This document shows positions 19,196 to 28,262 of a stretch of 64,000 nucleotides of DNA, piece after piece (position 1 is the stretch's first letter; every line of letters begins with the position of its first letter). This DNA comes from Candidatus Zixiibacteriota bacterium (GTDB taxonomy: Bacteria > Zixibacteria > MSB-5A5 > UBA10806 > 4484-95), in assembly GCA_037441845.1 (NCBI GenBank), contig JBBIRK010000001.1, positions 96,001-160,000 of the forward strand, read 5' to 3'. The position numbers were made by a program, and so were the translations under genes. Under the pieces are notes generated by a model. It did no database searches, was not told the DNA's origin, and worked only from the letters and a program-made list of their open reading frames with translations.

Positions 19196-21769
19196 CTAAA
19201 AGCCTACGTTGATCGATAACCTGACGGTATTCCCCAGTCGATTGGTCTCTTCATTGGATGATGGGATATACGAGAGGTCAACCCGCAGCCGCGAATATTG
19301 CAACGAGCCGCCGAGCGTCATATATCGCTGCACACCGATATCATCATATACGTAACCGGCCCTGACGGCTATATAATTCGAATACCAATATTCGGCTCCG
19401 ATATGAGGGATTATCTCCCTTATTTCGGTTTTCAGATCGTCGTTGAGATCCACCAGCAGCTTGTTGGCCTCGCCCACTATAGTCAACCTATTGTACGGTG
19501 AATCAATCAGCTTGTAGGCGAAAGCCACCGCAAGCTTGCGGGGAAGCGGGTCGGCCTGATCGGCATCGATATAGGCTATCTCCGGTCCGATATTGGTGAT
19601 GGTGGCCGCAAGATCGGTCCGCCGGTCAAAATTGTATAAAACACCACCATCGACGGCACCCGAAAAACCCACCCCCTTGCCCTTTTCCAGGCCGGCACCG
19701 ACATCGGCAAGATGGGAGATAATAATTCTGGCGGATATCCCCGCGGAGAGGGATTTCATCAGCTTCGTGCCATACGAAACGGTCCAGGCGAGATCATAGG
19801 ACGTAAATTGTCCGATTACGTCGCCCACTTCGTTGGTTCTATCCTGTTGACCATAGGAAAGAAAGGTTATACCGGTGCCGAAAGTCCCCCACTCGCTGGT
19901 GGGATAGACGATCGCGAAATAATCGTAGTATAAATCCGGAGCGAGCTGGGTAAGGTAATTGGAATGCATGAAAGTCACCTGACCCCGGGGGCGAGCCAAC
20001 AAATAAATCCGATCGGAACCGGCGAACCAGAGCTCGCCATATTCGTTTTCGATCGTGTGAACCGGCGAGCGGATCCCCTCCAGGCGGGCGAAACGGCTCC
20101 AGATTCCGTCGTTGTATTCGACGACGCCATAGGCGGTTCCGACATAAGCCTTTTTCTGCGAGACGGCCGACACGGAAAAAATCTTCGAACCGAGCTGATT
20201 GGCGTAAACCACCAAACTTTTCCCCTGAGGAATCGTTTCGCCTTCAAGTTCGTTTAGTTCCAGAATCTTTCCGGCAAGCCTTTCGACCTGTTCATCGCTG
20301 CCCTCGGGAAGGATATTTCTTGCCATTTCGAAAACGCTCATCTCCCTATCAGCTTGAATCACGCGATAACCGAAATTAACGAAAGATTCGCCATCGAAAA
20401 GCACAAGGCCGTTCTCGGTTCCTATCCACAGATATTTATCTTTGGCGGCAAGCGAGGTTATGTCGCCCCACAAGGCTGGGGCATACGGAAGTTTTATTTT
20501 TTGACCGAGCGTTACCTCATCGCTGAAATCGTTCAATCGCCGGACCTGTTCTTTTAGGCGTTCGATATTCAAATCGGCACCGGTGCGATAGATTTTTTTC
20601 AAAATGTCCCCAAGAGTCTCGCCGACGGACACTTCATGAATCATGTAATTTTTCCACGACCCGCCGTCGTAATGATATAGATCCCGATCGGTTGCCGCCC
20701 AGATACTCTGGTCGCTAATCGCGGAGATGTTAGAAATATATCCCTGCGGCGGGGTTTCCTGGGAAGAATATTGCTTGATCCTAACGCCGTTATAATAAGC
20801 TATGCCGTTTTCGGTTCCGACAACTATGCTTTTCTTGCCCATTTTATCGAGCGCGGTTACTTTGAGAGCCGGCAAGCTGTCAGGCAACCCGTAATACCGC
20901 CATTTATTCGAGGTCGGATCGAATCGATAGAAGCCGGAATCGGTGCCGGCATAGATCATGCCGTCATGCGATTCCAAACAATTGGCCGGAGCCTTGCGCG
21001 GCAGATCGAACGGTATCCTGATCTCGGACATGGCCTTTGCACTTACCGCGTGGTCTATTTCCGCGATCAACGTGTCCGTTTCCTCGGTCGAAAGACGTCC
21101 GTCGGCCGACATCGTTTGAACCGACTTTTCGAAATTGATGAAACCCTGCGGCAATAATTTGAGCTCAGCATATGCCGCGGTTAGACGATTGACGCCGTTC
21201 CTGATATACTCGGCATTCGGGTCCGAGTCGGATATTCTGGTAAGAACATTATTGATGACGGATTCGAGCCGCTGGCGGCTTATCCTCAGGTTCCACTGCA
21301 AAACTTGATCGACTTGCGCGCTGAGCTGATCCCTCTCGGCGCCGGTGTAACGGGCCACGATATCCGACAAAGCCGTACCGGCTCCGATTTTGACCGCTAT
21401 GCCCGAATTCCAGCGATCTTTTTCCCATTTCACCAGATGACCGTTCATCAATGCCCAGATATCGAACTGCTTATAATTATTTTCCGGCATATCGTTCTTA
21501 ACAAGCACCAATTTTTCGATTTTATATCCTCGTCTCGAGGGTAACTCCAGCCACAACGGCGAAAGAGGATAATTCCCCAGGCCGGCGGGATTCCAGTGGG
21601 TCGCCGTCGCATCATCGGCAATTGATACAAAAGTCTCTCCCATGCCTCCGGCGCGGGCTCCCGGAGCGATCAGCAAAAACGGCACGGCGGTCTGCGAAAC
21701 CTGAGCCGAAGATTGCGCAGCGATAACGACCAAAAACAAAATCGCGTATATGGATAACCTTTGCATCAA
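19196..21769 (-). CDS. PorV-family (FadL-like) outer-membrane protein with a large internal beta-propeller/LysM insertion
   Basis: N-term TAVPFLLIAPGARAGGMG...WNPAGL; C-terminal barrel (FLSYG, SYG, NIGP.I.Y, DPLP, GAEYWY, RAGY, terminal F). Confidence 0.8.
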   Translation of the reverse strand: MMQRLSIYAILFLVVIAAQSSAQVSQTAVPFLLIAPGARAGGMGETFVSIADDATATHWNPAGLGNYPLSPLWLELPSRRGYKIEKLVLVKNDMPENNYKQFDIWALMNGHLVKWEKDRWNSGIAVKIGAGTALSDIVARYTGAERDQLSAQVDQVLQWNLRISRQRLESVINNVLTRISDSDPNAEYIRNGVNRLTAAYAELKLLPQGFINFEKSVQTMSADGRLSTEETDTLIAEIDHAVSAKAMSEIRIPFDLPRKAPANCLESHDGMIYAGTDSGFYRFDPTSNKWRYYGLPDSLPALKVTALDKMGKKSIVVGTENGIAYYNGVRIKQYSSQETPPQGYISNISAISDQSIWAATDRDLYHYDGGSWKNYMIHEVSVGETLGDILKKIYRTGADLNIERLKEQVRRLNDFSDEVTLGQKIKLPYAPALWGDITSLAAKDKYLWIGTENGLVLFDGESFVNFGYRVIQADREMSVFEMARNILPEGSDEQVERLAGKILELNELEGETIPQGKSLVVYANQLGSKIFSVSAVSQKKAYVGTAYGVVEYNDGIWSRFARLEGIRSPVHTIENEYGELWFAGSDRIYLLARPRGQVTFMHSNYLTQLAPDLYYDYFAIVYPTSEWGTFGTGITFLSYGQQDRTNEVGDVIGQFTSYDLAWTVSYGTKLMKSLSAGISARIIISHLADVGAGLEKGKGVGFSGAVDGGVLYNFDRRTDLAATITNIGPEIAYIDADQADPLPRKLAVAFAYKLIDSPYNRLTIVGEANKLLVDLNDDLKTEIREIIPHIGAEYWYSNYIAVRAGYVYDDIGVQRYMTLGGSLQYSRLRVDLSYIPSSNEETNRLGNTVRLSINVGF

Positions 21770-21888
21770 ATCCTCCCTGTCATTTGCGCCAGTACAATTA
21801 TCGACACGGGTCGTCCGTTTGTTGATTTTCAGTCATTGCGTTTAATACTGCAATTGCCAACTTGCGCACCCCGCACGATAACCGATTA

Positions 21889-24800
21889 TCATCTCATTAT
21901 CACGAGTTTCGATTGAAAAGAGTCTTTTTGCCGCCGGCCCTCGTCGTCATACCCGATCGCTTCGATTCGATAGATATAAACGCCGCTGGCCAACCTGTCA
22001 CCATCATCATCGCGCAGATCATACGGCAGAAAATGATGGCCGCCAACCGTGTATTGAGGCGAATCCTTTCTTATGGTTTTGATTAATCTTCCGGACAACG
22101 TGAATATTTTGAGAGTTACGGTTTCAGCCGGTCGAGTTAAAACATATTGAAACGTAGTCGAGTCGGTCTGCACCGCCGGATTCGGATAATTCATCACATC
22201 GAACAAGGAAAGATCGGTCGTTCCGAAAACTCGAATCGGCGATGAATAAACCGAAGAGTTATTATAGCTGTCCCAAGCTTTGAGACTGATCGTATAATCA
22301 CCATCGGGGAGCAACGGCAATTCCGCTGAAACCTCGCCACTCTGCCAGTTGCCGAGATCGAAGCGGAAATCGGAGGTTATGTCCGCCGAGTAGGTCTGAC
22401 CGCCGTTTATGCTCATCACGATCCCGTGCCCCATCGAACCGGTGATATTTATGCCATGCTCGTCGAACAGCCTGAACACCAGTGACGCCCCGGATGATAC
22501 GACCGCTAATTTTCCGGTGACCGGATTTCCGTTGTAATAAAACTCTATCCGGGGGCCGACGGTATCGATTTCTCCGGCTGCGCTGCCGGAAATCGGCAGC
22601 GAATCGACTATGCCGGAACCATCGATCGTTTCGTTGGCGAAATAAACGTAAATTTTAGCCCTCGATCCGCCATAGGAAATATCCTTGGGCACGAAAAACG
22701 AAGTCGAAAAACGGCCGTCGATCACTTCCGCAGGTCCGTAGAACAAAGTCGGACCGGGTAAAGTATAATCGACATAAACGTAATTGGGGGGATTGAGCGG
22801 CTGGTTATTATAATCGAGGATCGCCTTATGTCGCCGAACCGAAGCGTCCTTCACCGTCACCCAGATTATGCCGTTGAAATCGGAGACGAATCGCCCTTGA
22901 CTGTCGTAAATCCCGCCGGCGATCGAATCGACCGACAGTCCTTTCAACGAATCCGGCCGGTAGGTGAATTCCGATCTCAAATAAGGCTTGGCCGCGATCA
23001 TTCCCGGATCACCGAGGAAAACGTAATTGCGATCGTTGGCGATCGGCCCGTAAGGGTTGTTCAATTGCCTGATATATTTGGCCATGAAGAAAGCACCTCC
23101 GAACGTGGTGGAATCCTCGAACAAGATCTGGTCGAAAATCTCATTATTGAGATCGGTGTTGGGGCCGGCGTACACGACACGGGTTGCGCCTATGGAGGCT
23201 ATGGCCCCGCCTTCAGGATGGCTCAATAAATCCTCGGCCATCGATTGATCGGCTGGCGCATCGAAAAATCCTATGGAGCAGGATGCGGCAAGCATCAGCG
23301 GCAGCTTGCGGCCGTTTCGGAGACGCGGGATATCCTCGGTTCTGCGAAATATCTGTTCGTGAGCCCAGAGATTCTTGTTGCCATGGCCTATCCAATCGAC
23401 AATAAGCGCGCCGTTGTTGATCGCCTGCACCAGGGCTTCCCTTGCGTCGGTCTTCAGATTTCCCGCTCTCGTGGGATATTCGACAAGATATATTTTCTGA
23501 ACCTCCATGGTCCGCGGCACATGAAAATTGCTTAAAGCCTCGGCCTGGGTGGTATGAAACGTTTCATAAGGCGAAAGTCCTCCGAGATTATCATCGGCGA
23601 CGACAATCACGTTGTTGCGCCACTTTCCCATATCCGGATTAGCCTCGTAATCGATTATCTTATCGACTATGGTCTGCATCTCCGCCGCGCTGTTTACTCC
23701 CAAGCGGCCTATCATCATATCGAGGCTTCCTGAGCTGTCTGAATCGAAATACCCATAGCTACCGAAATAGATGAAGTTCTCGTCGGAACCTGATGCTCCG
23801 GCCTCAGGCGGATTCGCAGCCTCGAACGGAGGGATATAAATCGGGTGGCCGCCGCCCAGGTTGTTGCGAAAGTCATAGTGTCCGTCGCCGACCAAAAGGC
23901 ATATTCCGGGAGAAGCACCGCTCCAATTTTCGTAGGCGAATTTCAAGAAGTCACGGATAGCGAGCGGGTCGTTCAACCCCCAACTGAATTGATTGAAGAT
24001 ATCGTCGATATTCACGACTCTTACTTCCAGCTCCGGATTTTGTCTTGCCCGATGTTCGGCCAGTTGCTCGACTTGTTCCCTGAACAACGGGTGCGTAATC
24101 ATGATATAATCGGCGCGGTTAGCTGGGTCACGCAGGTTGTCGCGCTCGTAACGCGAATAGCGGCCTACTATTCTAAAGCGGGAAGGTCCGGCCATGTAAA
24201 AACGATGTCGACGGGAATTGACCTGCTGAAAGCGCAGCGTATCGCCGACGAATACGCCGTTGACTATTCTGCGCACGCTATCCGGCGAACTTATATCCAG
24301 CAGCACATAATCACTCGAGGTCCCGGCGACTCGATATTCGATTCGTCCGAGCAATGTGGGGCTGGTAAACGTCAAAACGTTATCGACTGTCCGCAGATGC
24401 CTGCTGTAATGAATCTCTATGTAATCCAGAAAGAATTCGACGGCATTGCTCAATACGAGAGTATTATAGCCACCCTGAAGGTTTTGTGTGGAGAAGAAAT
24501 GCAGATAAGAATAGGGGTCCCTATAAACCGAGTCGCGCGTCGCCGCAACTCCATTCACCGTCAGCCCCGAGAAGGAATTCCTGGTCTTCACTATCACTCT
24601 CGCGGGAATTCCGCCCAGAGCGTCGGTCGCCTGAATACTGGCGGTGAAATTCTGGCCGCGGCCCCAGTACCAATCGAAATAATTGGCAAATTCGCCGCTC
24701 GATTCGGTTCTATAAAATATGAATTCCTGCTCGTCATGCGTAAAATCGGTGAAACTGGTCATGATCGCCAACGGCGATCCCGTCGGCGCGCCGTTTTCCT

Positions 24801-25911
24801 GCGCCCAGCGCCGGGGAAGATTGCCGAAGTTGCCCCCATAGGTCAACCAGTAGGCGTTGCGCGATGTATAATGATTGCGCTGGTAAGTGAAGCGGCCGGC
24901 TGATTCGTTGAATTCGAATCGATCCACGCTTTCGCCGAAAAACAGCACTTGATCGCCGAAATCGAATACCCCGTCATCGCCGCCGATAACCTCGATCGGG
25001 ATCTCGAAAAGGTTCGGTCGGGCGGTTTCATTATCAAAAGGCAACTCATCGCCGCCCCCATAGAAAATCCTGATCTGGCGGGGATCTATCTGGCCGACAT
25101 CCAAACCGGCATTCGAAAGATCGAATCGATTTATCCTGTATATACCGGTATTGGAGATTTCCATTTTAAGCCACACTTCCGCCGAGTCGAAAGCCGATGC
25201 GGTCATCTGTGATCGCAACTGCGTCGGCGGCCAATCGATCCGCCATGCCTCGGCCAGTTCATAATTGGCCACGAGCTCTTTAAGTATTTTGTCGAATACC
25301 GGTCCGGCAGGCCGCTGGGAAACCGCCGGCGATCGGGAAACAGGCACGAAATCGATCCGCACGACGATCTTTTCGGCTTTCATCCGCAGATCGCCGTCGA
25401 TGTTTATGGGGGCCATAACCAATTTCGCGATGCGCAATCCCCGGATAATATCTTCTCCGGCCACCCAGGCGATTCTTGTCGGCCAGCTGGTCGTCCTTCT
25501 CTGATTCCGTGCGAGTTCGGCCGAAAACTCTTTTTCTGAAAAGGAGCAAATATAGGGTGCGGTTTCCGCCGATTCGAGCGGGATAAACGATTGGCTCAAT
25601 ATGGTTATCCGGATATCGCAGTTGAATGGTACGCCGATCGGGATAACTTTTATCGGCAATAACGGCTCACCTTCGATTCGGTTCTGCGCCGTTCGCGGAA
25701 TCTGTGGGTAACGATATGATTCCGGATATCCCTCGATCTTGGTATCGCTAACCGGCGGGACAAGGTAGGTGACGGTCATGCCGCTTATCGAGGATTCATT
25801 TATGAAGATGTCGTTATCGAAAACGATTTCGCCCGTTTCCGGATCGGAAAAGGATAATTGCGTCCCCAAAAATAAAATAGAGGCTATTATCGCAATGCGA
25901 AAGAGTCTCAA
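21889..25911 (-). CDS. porU: Type IX secretion sortase PorU-like (peptidase C25)
   Basis: TGIYRI, Y.....YWL, IRDFLK, LLVGDGHYD, IGRL, VADD, catalytic GHG and ASC, LGDP, DTVGP, AWDSYNNS, C-terminal YPNP CTD. Confidence 0.88.
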   Translation of the reverse strand: MRLFRIAIIASILFLGTQLSFSDPETGEIVFDNDIFINESSISGMTVTYLVPPVSDTKIEGYPESYRYPQIPRTAQNRIEGEPLLPIKVIPIGVPFNCDIRITILSQSFIPLESAETAPYICSFSEKEFSAELARNQRRTTSWPTRIAWVAGEDIIRGLRIAKLVMAPINIDGDLRMKAEKIVVRIDFVPVSRSPAVSQRPAGPVFDKILKELVANYELAEAWRIDWPPTQLRSQMTASAFDSAEVWLKMEISNTGIYRINRFDLSNAGLDVGQIDPRQIRIFYGGGDELPFDNETARPNLFEIPIEVIGGDDGVFDFGDQVLFFGESVDRFEFNESAGRFTYQRNHYTSRNAYWLTYGGNFGNLPRRWAQENGAPTGSPLAIMTSFTDFTHDEQEFIFYRTESSGEFANYFDWYWGRGQNFTASIQATDALGGIPARVIVKTRNSFSGLTVNGVAATRDSVYRDPYSYLHFFSTQNLQGGYNTLVLSNAVEFFLDYIEIHYSRHLRTVDNVLTFTSPTLLGRIEYRVAGTSSDYVLLDISSPDSVRRIVNGVFVGDTLRFQQVNSRRHRFYMAGPSRFRIVGRYSRYERDNLRDPANRADYIMITHPLFREQVEQLAEHRARQNPELEVRVVNIDDIFNQFSWGLNDPLAIRDFLKFAYENWSGASPGICLLVGDGHYDFRNNLGGGHPIYIPPFEAANPPEAGASGSDENFIYFGSYGYFDSDSSGSLDMMIGRLGVNSAAEMQTIVDKIIDYEANPDMGKWRNNVIVVADDNLGGLSPYETFHTTQAEALSNFHVPRTMEVQKIYLVEYPTRAGNLKTDAREALVQAINNGALIVDWIGHGNKNLWAHEQIFRRTEDIPRLRNGRKLPLMLAASCSIGFFDAPADQSMAEDLLSHPEGGAIASIGATRVVYAGPNTDLNNEIFDQILFEDSTTFGGAFFMAKYIRQLNNPYGPIANDRNYVFLGDPGMIAAKPYLRSEFTYRPDSLKGLSVDSIAGGIYDSQGRFVSDFNGIIWVTVKDASVRRHKAILDYNNQPLNPPNYVYVDYTLPGPTLFYGPAEVIDGRFSTSFFVPKDISYGGSRAKIYVYFANETIDGSGIVDSLPISGSAAGEIDTVGPRIEFYYNGNPVTGKLAVVSSGASLVFRLFDEHGINITGSMGHGIVMSINGGQTYSADITSDFRFDLGNWQSGEVSAELPLLPDGDYTISLKAWDSYNNSSVYSSPIRVFGTTDLSLFDVMNYPNPAVQTDSTTFQYVLTRPAETVTLKIFTLSGRLIKTIRKDSPQYTVGGHHFLPYDLRDDDGDRLASGVYIYRIEAIGYDDEGRRQKDSFQSKLVIMR

Positions 25912-26055
25912 AACTCCTCCTCTGAGGGATCGGGCGATTCGATCAATAATGCCAAATGCCCGCCCAGGCCAAAAGGTTCAATCCCTTATATTTTCGGCAA
26001 TTCCGCCACAAACCCTTTAGCCAGATGCGATAAAAAACCCCTTTCCTTGTGGATG

Positions 26056-26083
26056 AAATTAATCAATATCGGCTCGATGTCAA
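26056..26083 (-). promoter_or_regulatory. Putative sigma70 promoter for the porU run
   Basis: TTGACA-N16-TAATTT on the minus strand, ~145 nt upstream of porU. Confidence 0.35.
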
Positions 26084-26096
26084 GCTCCATTTTGCG

Positions 26097-27170
26097 CTAA
26101 AGCGCGCTGTTCAGAAAGGCCGCCGAACCGTCAGCCTTGAACGACTTGATGAATTCCGCGGCTGTTCGATAGGCTTCGTCGGCGATCGCCTTAGCCGAAG
26201 TCTCAGGAATATTATCAATTTCCTTCTTGAAAGGTTTGGTGGCTTCCTTGATATTTTTATTATTTTCCTTCGCCCATTTTTTCATGCTTTCCATCAAGTC
26301 TTTCGGCAGGTTTCGATGCGCTATATTCTGCCACTCCGTGCCGACATTGCCTTTGCGAATCCCGAATTCCACGAACCGTTTCAGAATGTGCGGCGGTGTT
26401 CCGGTTATTCCATGCTGAGCGATTCGGATTCCTTTGCTCTTTATAGCTTCGTAGATTTCGCCGGTTCGTTTCAGATCGATATTCACCTCTTCGCCATCGA
26501 GATAGTTGCCGTGTTTCGAGCCGTTGTTGATCGCCAGCAGATTCGGGGTGATTCCCCGGGCGATAATACCCTCGACGAACTCGGTGGCCTCGGCGACCGT
26601 CGTGACATGGGCATCCTGCCCGGCAGAGGAGATCTCCCCGACTTCCGCTTCGAGTCCCCAGCCTGCCTCGATGATGGGTGCGGAAAGCCGGGCGGTGATA
26701 TCGATATTGGCCTCGATCTCGTTGAACGATGCGTCCACGCAGAAAGATGTATATCCCGCCTCCAGTTCAGCGGCGATCAGCATCCGGGCGGATTCGATCT
26801 CCTTATCGCTGGTGTTTTTAACGGTGATATGATCGCCGTGAATGAAAAACGGCATGGTAAAACCGATCTTATCCGCGTATCCTATAAGCATTTCGAAAAA
26901 CTGGGCGGGATTCTGACCCGTGTAACCTCCGTCGATATTGCCTTCGGTCTTGGCAAGCTCGAATCCGACCACCGCGTCGAGTTCTTGGGCGGCTCGCATG
27001 ATCCCCGGAACCACGTGCTTGATCCGCACGTTGCAAGCCATCAGCATCATTTCCTTATCGCGGATCGCATTGAATATATCACGGCCGCTTAATAGACAGA
27101 TTTTGCTTTTCGAACCGAGTTTCGCTTTAGTCGTTTCATGCCGTTTTTCGAGCAATTTTGGATATGACAT
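26097..27170 (-). CDS. Class II fructose-bisphosphate aldolase family protein
   Basis: HGDH, DAS, EAEVGEI, NGSKHG, AQHGITG, KGNVGT. Confidence 0.88.
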   Translation of the reverse strand: MSYPKLLEKRHETTKAKLGSKSKICLLSGRDIFNAIRDKEMMLMACNVRIKHVVPGIMRAAQELDAVVGFELAKTEGNIDGGYTGQNPAQFFEMLIGYADKIGFTMPFFIHGDHITVKNTSDKEIESARMLIAAELEAGYTSFCVDASFNEIEANIDITARLSAPIIEAGWGLEAEVGEISSAGQDAHVTTVAEATEFVEGIIARGITPNLLAINNGSKHGNYLDGEEVNIDLKRTGEIYEAIKSKGIRIAQHGITGTPPHILKRFVEFGIRKGNVGTEWQNIAHRNLPKDLMESMKKWAKENNKNIKEATKPFKKEIDNIPETSAKAIADEAYRTAAEFIKSFKADGSAAFLNSAL

Positions 27171-27232
27171 CTTGATTCTCCGATTTAAACCGATTGAATT
27201 TTAAAATCATGACTTCCATTCATAAAACCGCA

Positions 27233-27913
27233 TCAGCGTCCGAAAAAAGCCACGGCAAAAAGAGCCAACGGCAGCGCCGGGATAAAATTACCTACCTTAA
27301 TCCTTGACAGCCCCAGTAAATTTATCGCGATTCCGATCACCATGACACCGCCGACGGCCGACATCTCGTTTACCGCCGCCGGATTCAGTACTGATTCAAG
27401 ATACTTCGCCAATAAAGTAAGTGTTCCCTGATAAATCAACACCACGACTGCGGAAAAAAGCACGCCGACCCCGAAAGCCGCTGAAAGTGCAACAGCCGCA
27501 AATCCATCCATAAGCGACTTAATATAGATCAGGTACCCCTTGCCGTAAAGGCCATCTTCCAAAGAGCCGACCACGGTCATAGGGCCTACGCAGAACAAAA
27601 GCGATGCGGTTACGAATCCGATCACGAAATTGCCTTCTTGCGAGCCGGTTTTACGCCTGAGATGTTCGCCCAGCGATTCGAGCCTTTCCTCGATTCGCAA
27701 CATTTGGCCAAGAAGCCCACCGACAATAAGCGAGCCGATCACATACAGGAAATTTGCTGTGCCAATCGCCATCTTGACGCCGATCGCCATAGTCGCCAAG
27801 CCGAGCGCGGAAAGGACGATGTTTTTATATTGCTCTCGAAGTTTATTACCGCCCAGAAGTCCAATAGAAGCCCCGAAAAACACGGCCAAAGTATTGACGA
27901 CAAAAGCATACAT
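27233..27913 (-). CDS. DUF554 (YdfK-like) membrane protein
   Basis: GFVTASLLFCVGPM, KSLMDG, GVGVLFS, YQG. Confidence 0.9.
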   Translation of the reverse strand: MYAFVVNTLAVFFGASIGLLGGNKLREQYKNIVLSALGLATMAIGVKMAIGTANFLYVIGSLIVGGLLGQMLRIEERLESLGEHLRRKTGSQEGNFVIGFVTASLLFCVGPMTVVGSLEDGLYGKGYLIYIKSLMDGFAAVALSAAFGVGVLFSAVVVLIYQGTLTLLAKYLESVLNPAAVNEMSAVGGVMVIGIAINLLGLSRIKVGNFIPALPLALFAVAFFGR

Positions 27914-27998
27914 ACGCGCCCGGTTATATACGGCATATATCGCAGGCATTTCAAGGCAAAAAGTCGGCATTCCATCACGCGATCTAATGTGGATCGAA

Positions 27999-28178
27999 TC
28001 AATTGCAGACCGCTTTGCAGGCGGTAAGAGGTAGAATTACATAAAGAAGCAGATCACGCACAAGGTAAAATAGAATAATCAGTCCTAGATAGAGCGGCCC
28101 TTTGGCCTTGGCTTCTTTCAACGTTAAGGGAGGCTTAAGATAACCCCAGATTTTCTTTACCGTTTGCTTTATCTGCAT
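27999..28178 (-). CDS. Small 59-aa putative membrane protein, not in the ORF track
   Basis: Translated by hand: MQIKQTVKKIWGYLKPPLTLKEAKAKGPLYLGLIILFYLVRDLLLYVILPLTACKAVCN; fills the guaA-DUF554 gap on the same strand. Confidence 0.6.
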   Translation of the reverse strand: MQIKQTVKKIWGYLKPPLTLKEAKAKGPLYLGLIILFYLVRDLLLYVILPLTACKAVCN

Positions 28179-28262
28179 ATCAAAACTATTTAATCCGTGT
28201 CCCCCGAATGAAGTTCCATGGGGATGTTTATTTTCCAGAACCGAAGCGATCTTGGTGATCGC

